DNA from: Fonticula-like sp. SCN 57-25
Taxonomy: Eukaryota
Assembly (NCBI GenBank): GCA_001724245.1
Contig: MEDX01000010.1
Location: forward strand, 1 to 64,000
Direction: 5' to 3'
Length of the DNA: 64,000 nucleotides
A program made the position numbers and the translations under genes. Positions 62,801 to 64,000 of this stretch are shown one piece after another. Position 1 is the stretch's first letter. Each line of letters opens with the position of its first letter. The notes beneath the pieces were generated by a model, which worked only from the letters and a program-made list of their open reading frames with translations, was not told where the DNA came from and made no database searches.

Positions 62801-64000
62801 GACGCTGCGGCGGCTCCAACGACGAAATGTCGAGGGGCTCGACGGCGCCGTACCACTGACGCTCGTCACCCGCGTCGCCCTGCACATCGCTCTTAAAGTC
62901 AATGTTATGCCTACAGACGGGTCAGTTTCAGAGCGAAAGGAAACAAAAAAAGGGTGCGTACAGATTGTATCCGACGATGGTCGAGACAAAGCGCTTGAGG
63001 TAGCGCATGTGCGAGACAGAAATCTGAATTCCGCTGGCGAGCATGTTGACCATGATGTTCCAGTACATTACCGACGTGCTGACGACCTTGTCGACCGTCT
63101 CTGCGCTGCCGACGACGCGGCCCGGGTTGAGCGCGACCTCGCTGAGCTTGTACGCGGGCGCCTGGCTGCCGCCTGCGGGCGCCTCGCGCCACGGCTGCAC
63201 GAAGCGGAACAGCAGCGACGACCAGTCAAAGAGCATCGCGCGCGGGTAATGCAGCAGGAGGCGCTCGAGCGTCTGCAGCGCGAGCAGCGAGTCGTCGTGG
63301 CGCGCGTTCATGTCGAGCCAGTCGACGACGCACGCCGTGACGCGCGCAAACTGGACGCCCGTCATGCTGACAATAATCGTGTGCGCCTCGTTGCGCACAA
63401 TCGGCTCAGAGTCGTGCAGCGCCTCGAAAATGTACTGCACAAGTGGGCCGAGGTAGCGCAGCGGCGTCGCCTTGCGAGGCTGCTTGCCGTCGCTGCGCGC
63501 GCTCTGCGGCGTGCCGGGGGCATCCTGCGGCTGCTGCTCCTCGAAATTGCTGGACGCCATAAAGTGGTTGTACTGGACAGTGTCGCTCAGGCTGCTAAAG
63601 ATGGCGAGGATGCGGCGCAGGCTGTCGAATCGCGTCTTCCAGGCCGGCGCATGCGTCTCTTTTTGCACGTACGCGAAAAAGTGCGTCGGGGAAAAGAGGA
63701 CGAGCAGCAAAAGGAGCTGCGCGGCGACCTCCTGGAGCGGCGACGGAACGCCAAGGAAAGTCGACCACAAGCTACCCATTTGTTAGCAGTCAAAAACATA
63801 AAGAAAAAAATGCCATACTATGGGATCAAATAAGACTGCAGCGCCTCGATCGTGTGGTCGCGCTTATTCACGGCAAACGAGCACAGGATGGTGTAGAGCG
63901 TGCGCAGCGCCAGCGTCTGCACCTCGGCGTCGCCCACGTTGAGCTGCACGAGCAGGAGCTTGGTGATGGTCGACGACTCGTCCACGTCGAGCGTCGGGCG
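59872..64000 (-). CDS. UNC79-like large HEAT/ARM protein, 3' part (begins beyond the right edge)
   Basis: LWSTF...LQEVAAQLLL...WKTRFDSLRRI...LHDSEPIVRNEAHTII...FDWSSLLFRF parallels the UNC79 segment as I recall it (W..VKS..LSSLAVPLLL...DWKMRFEAVEKV...VEDVNPAVA...LSWEFFVNRF). Multi-exon. Confidence 0.7.

Overview
This is gene-dense eukaryotic nuclear DNA with about 31 protein genes in 64 kb. Exons are GC-rich, introns are mostly 40-65 nt GT-AG (donors GTACG/GTGCG, branch point CTRAC), and many genes are tightly packed head-to-head. The gene mix (TRPC4AP-, UNC79-, Mid1/NALF-, Fta4-like) suggests a unicellular opisthokont or early fungal relative, which is inference. Housekeeping genes are Rab2, HAT1, COG4, acetoacetyl-CoA synthetase, PP2A-A, FKBP8-like, CDK11-like, RRP5, ARP8, TPS-TPP and cytochrome c1. 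The most striking observation is a 333-nt intron in RRP5 that appears to be two complete introns back to back (TACTAAC...TTAG|GTGCGA, zero-length exon). Each half carries one copy of a duplicated box C/D snoRNA antisense to LSU rRNA, a candidate recursive-splicing snoRNA release system. Other notable items: a NagA/AMDHD2 pseudoenzyme, a degenerate metallophosphoesterase, a bacterial-type DUF1214-like gene with introns and a PTS1-like end, neighbouring Mid1/NALF-like and UNC79-like genes, an Fta4/Nkp1-like gene, and a tandem pair of unknown secreted Cys-rich genes, one of them frameshifted. All family calls come from motif recognition by eye; no searches were run. Gene spans include introns.
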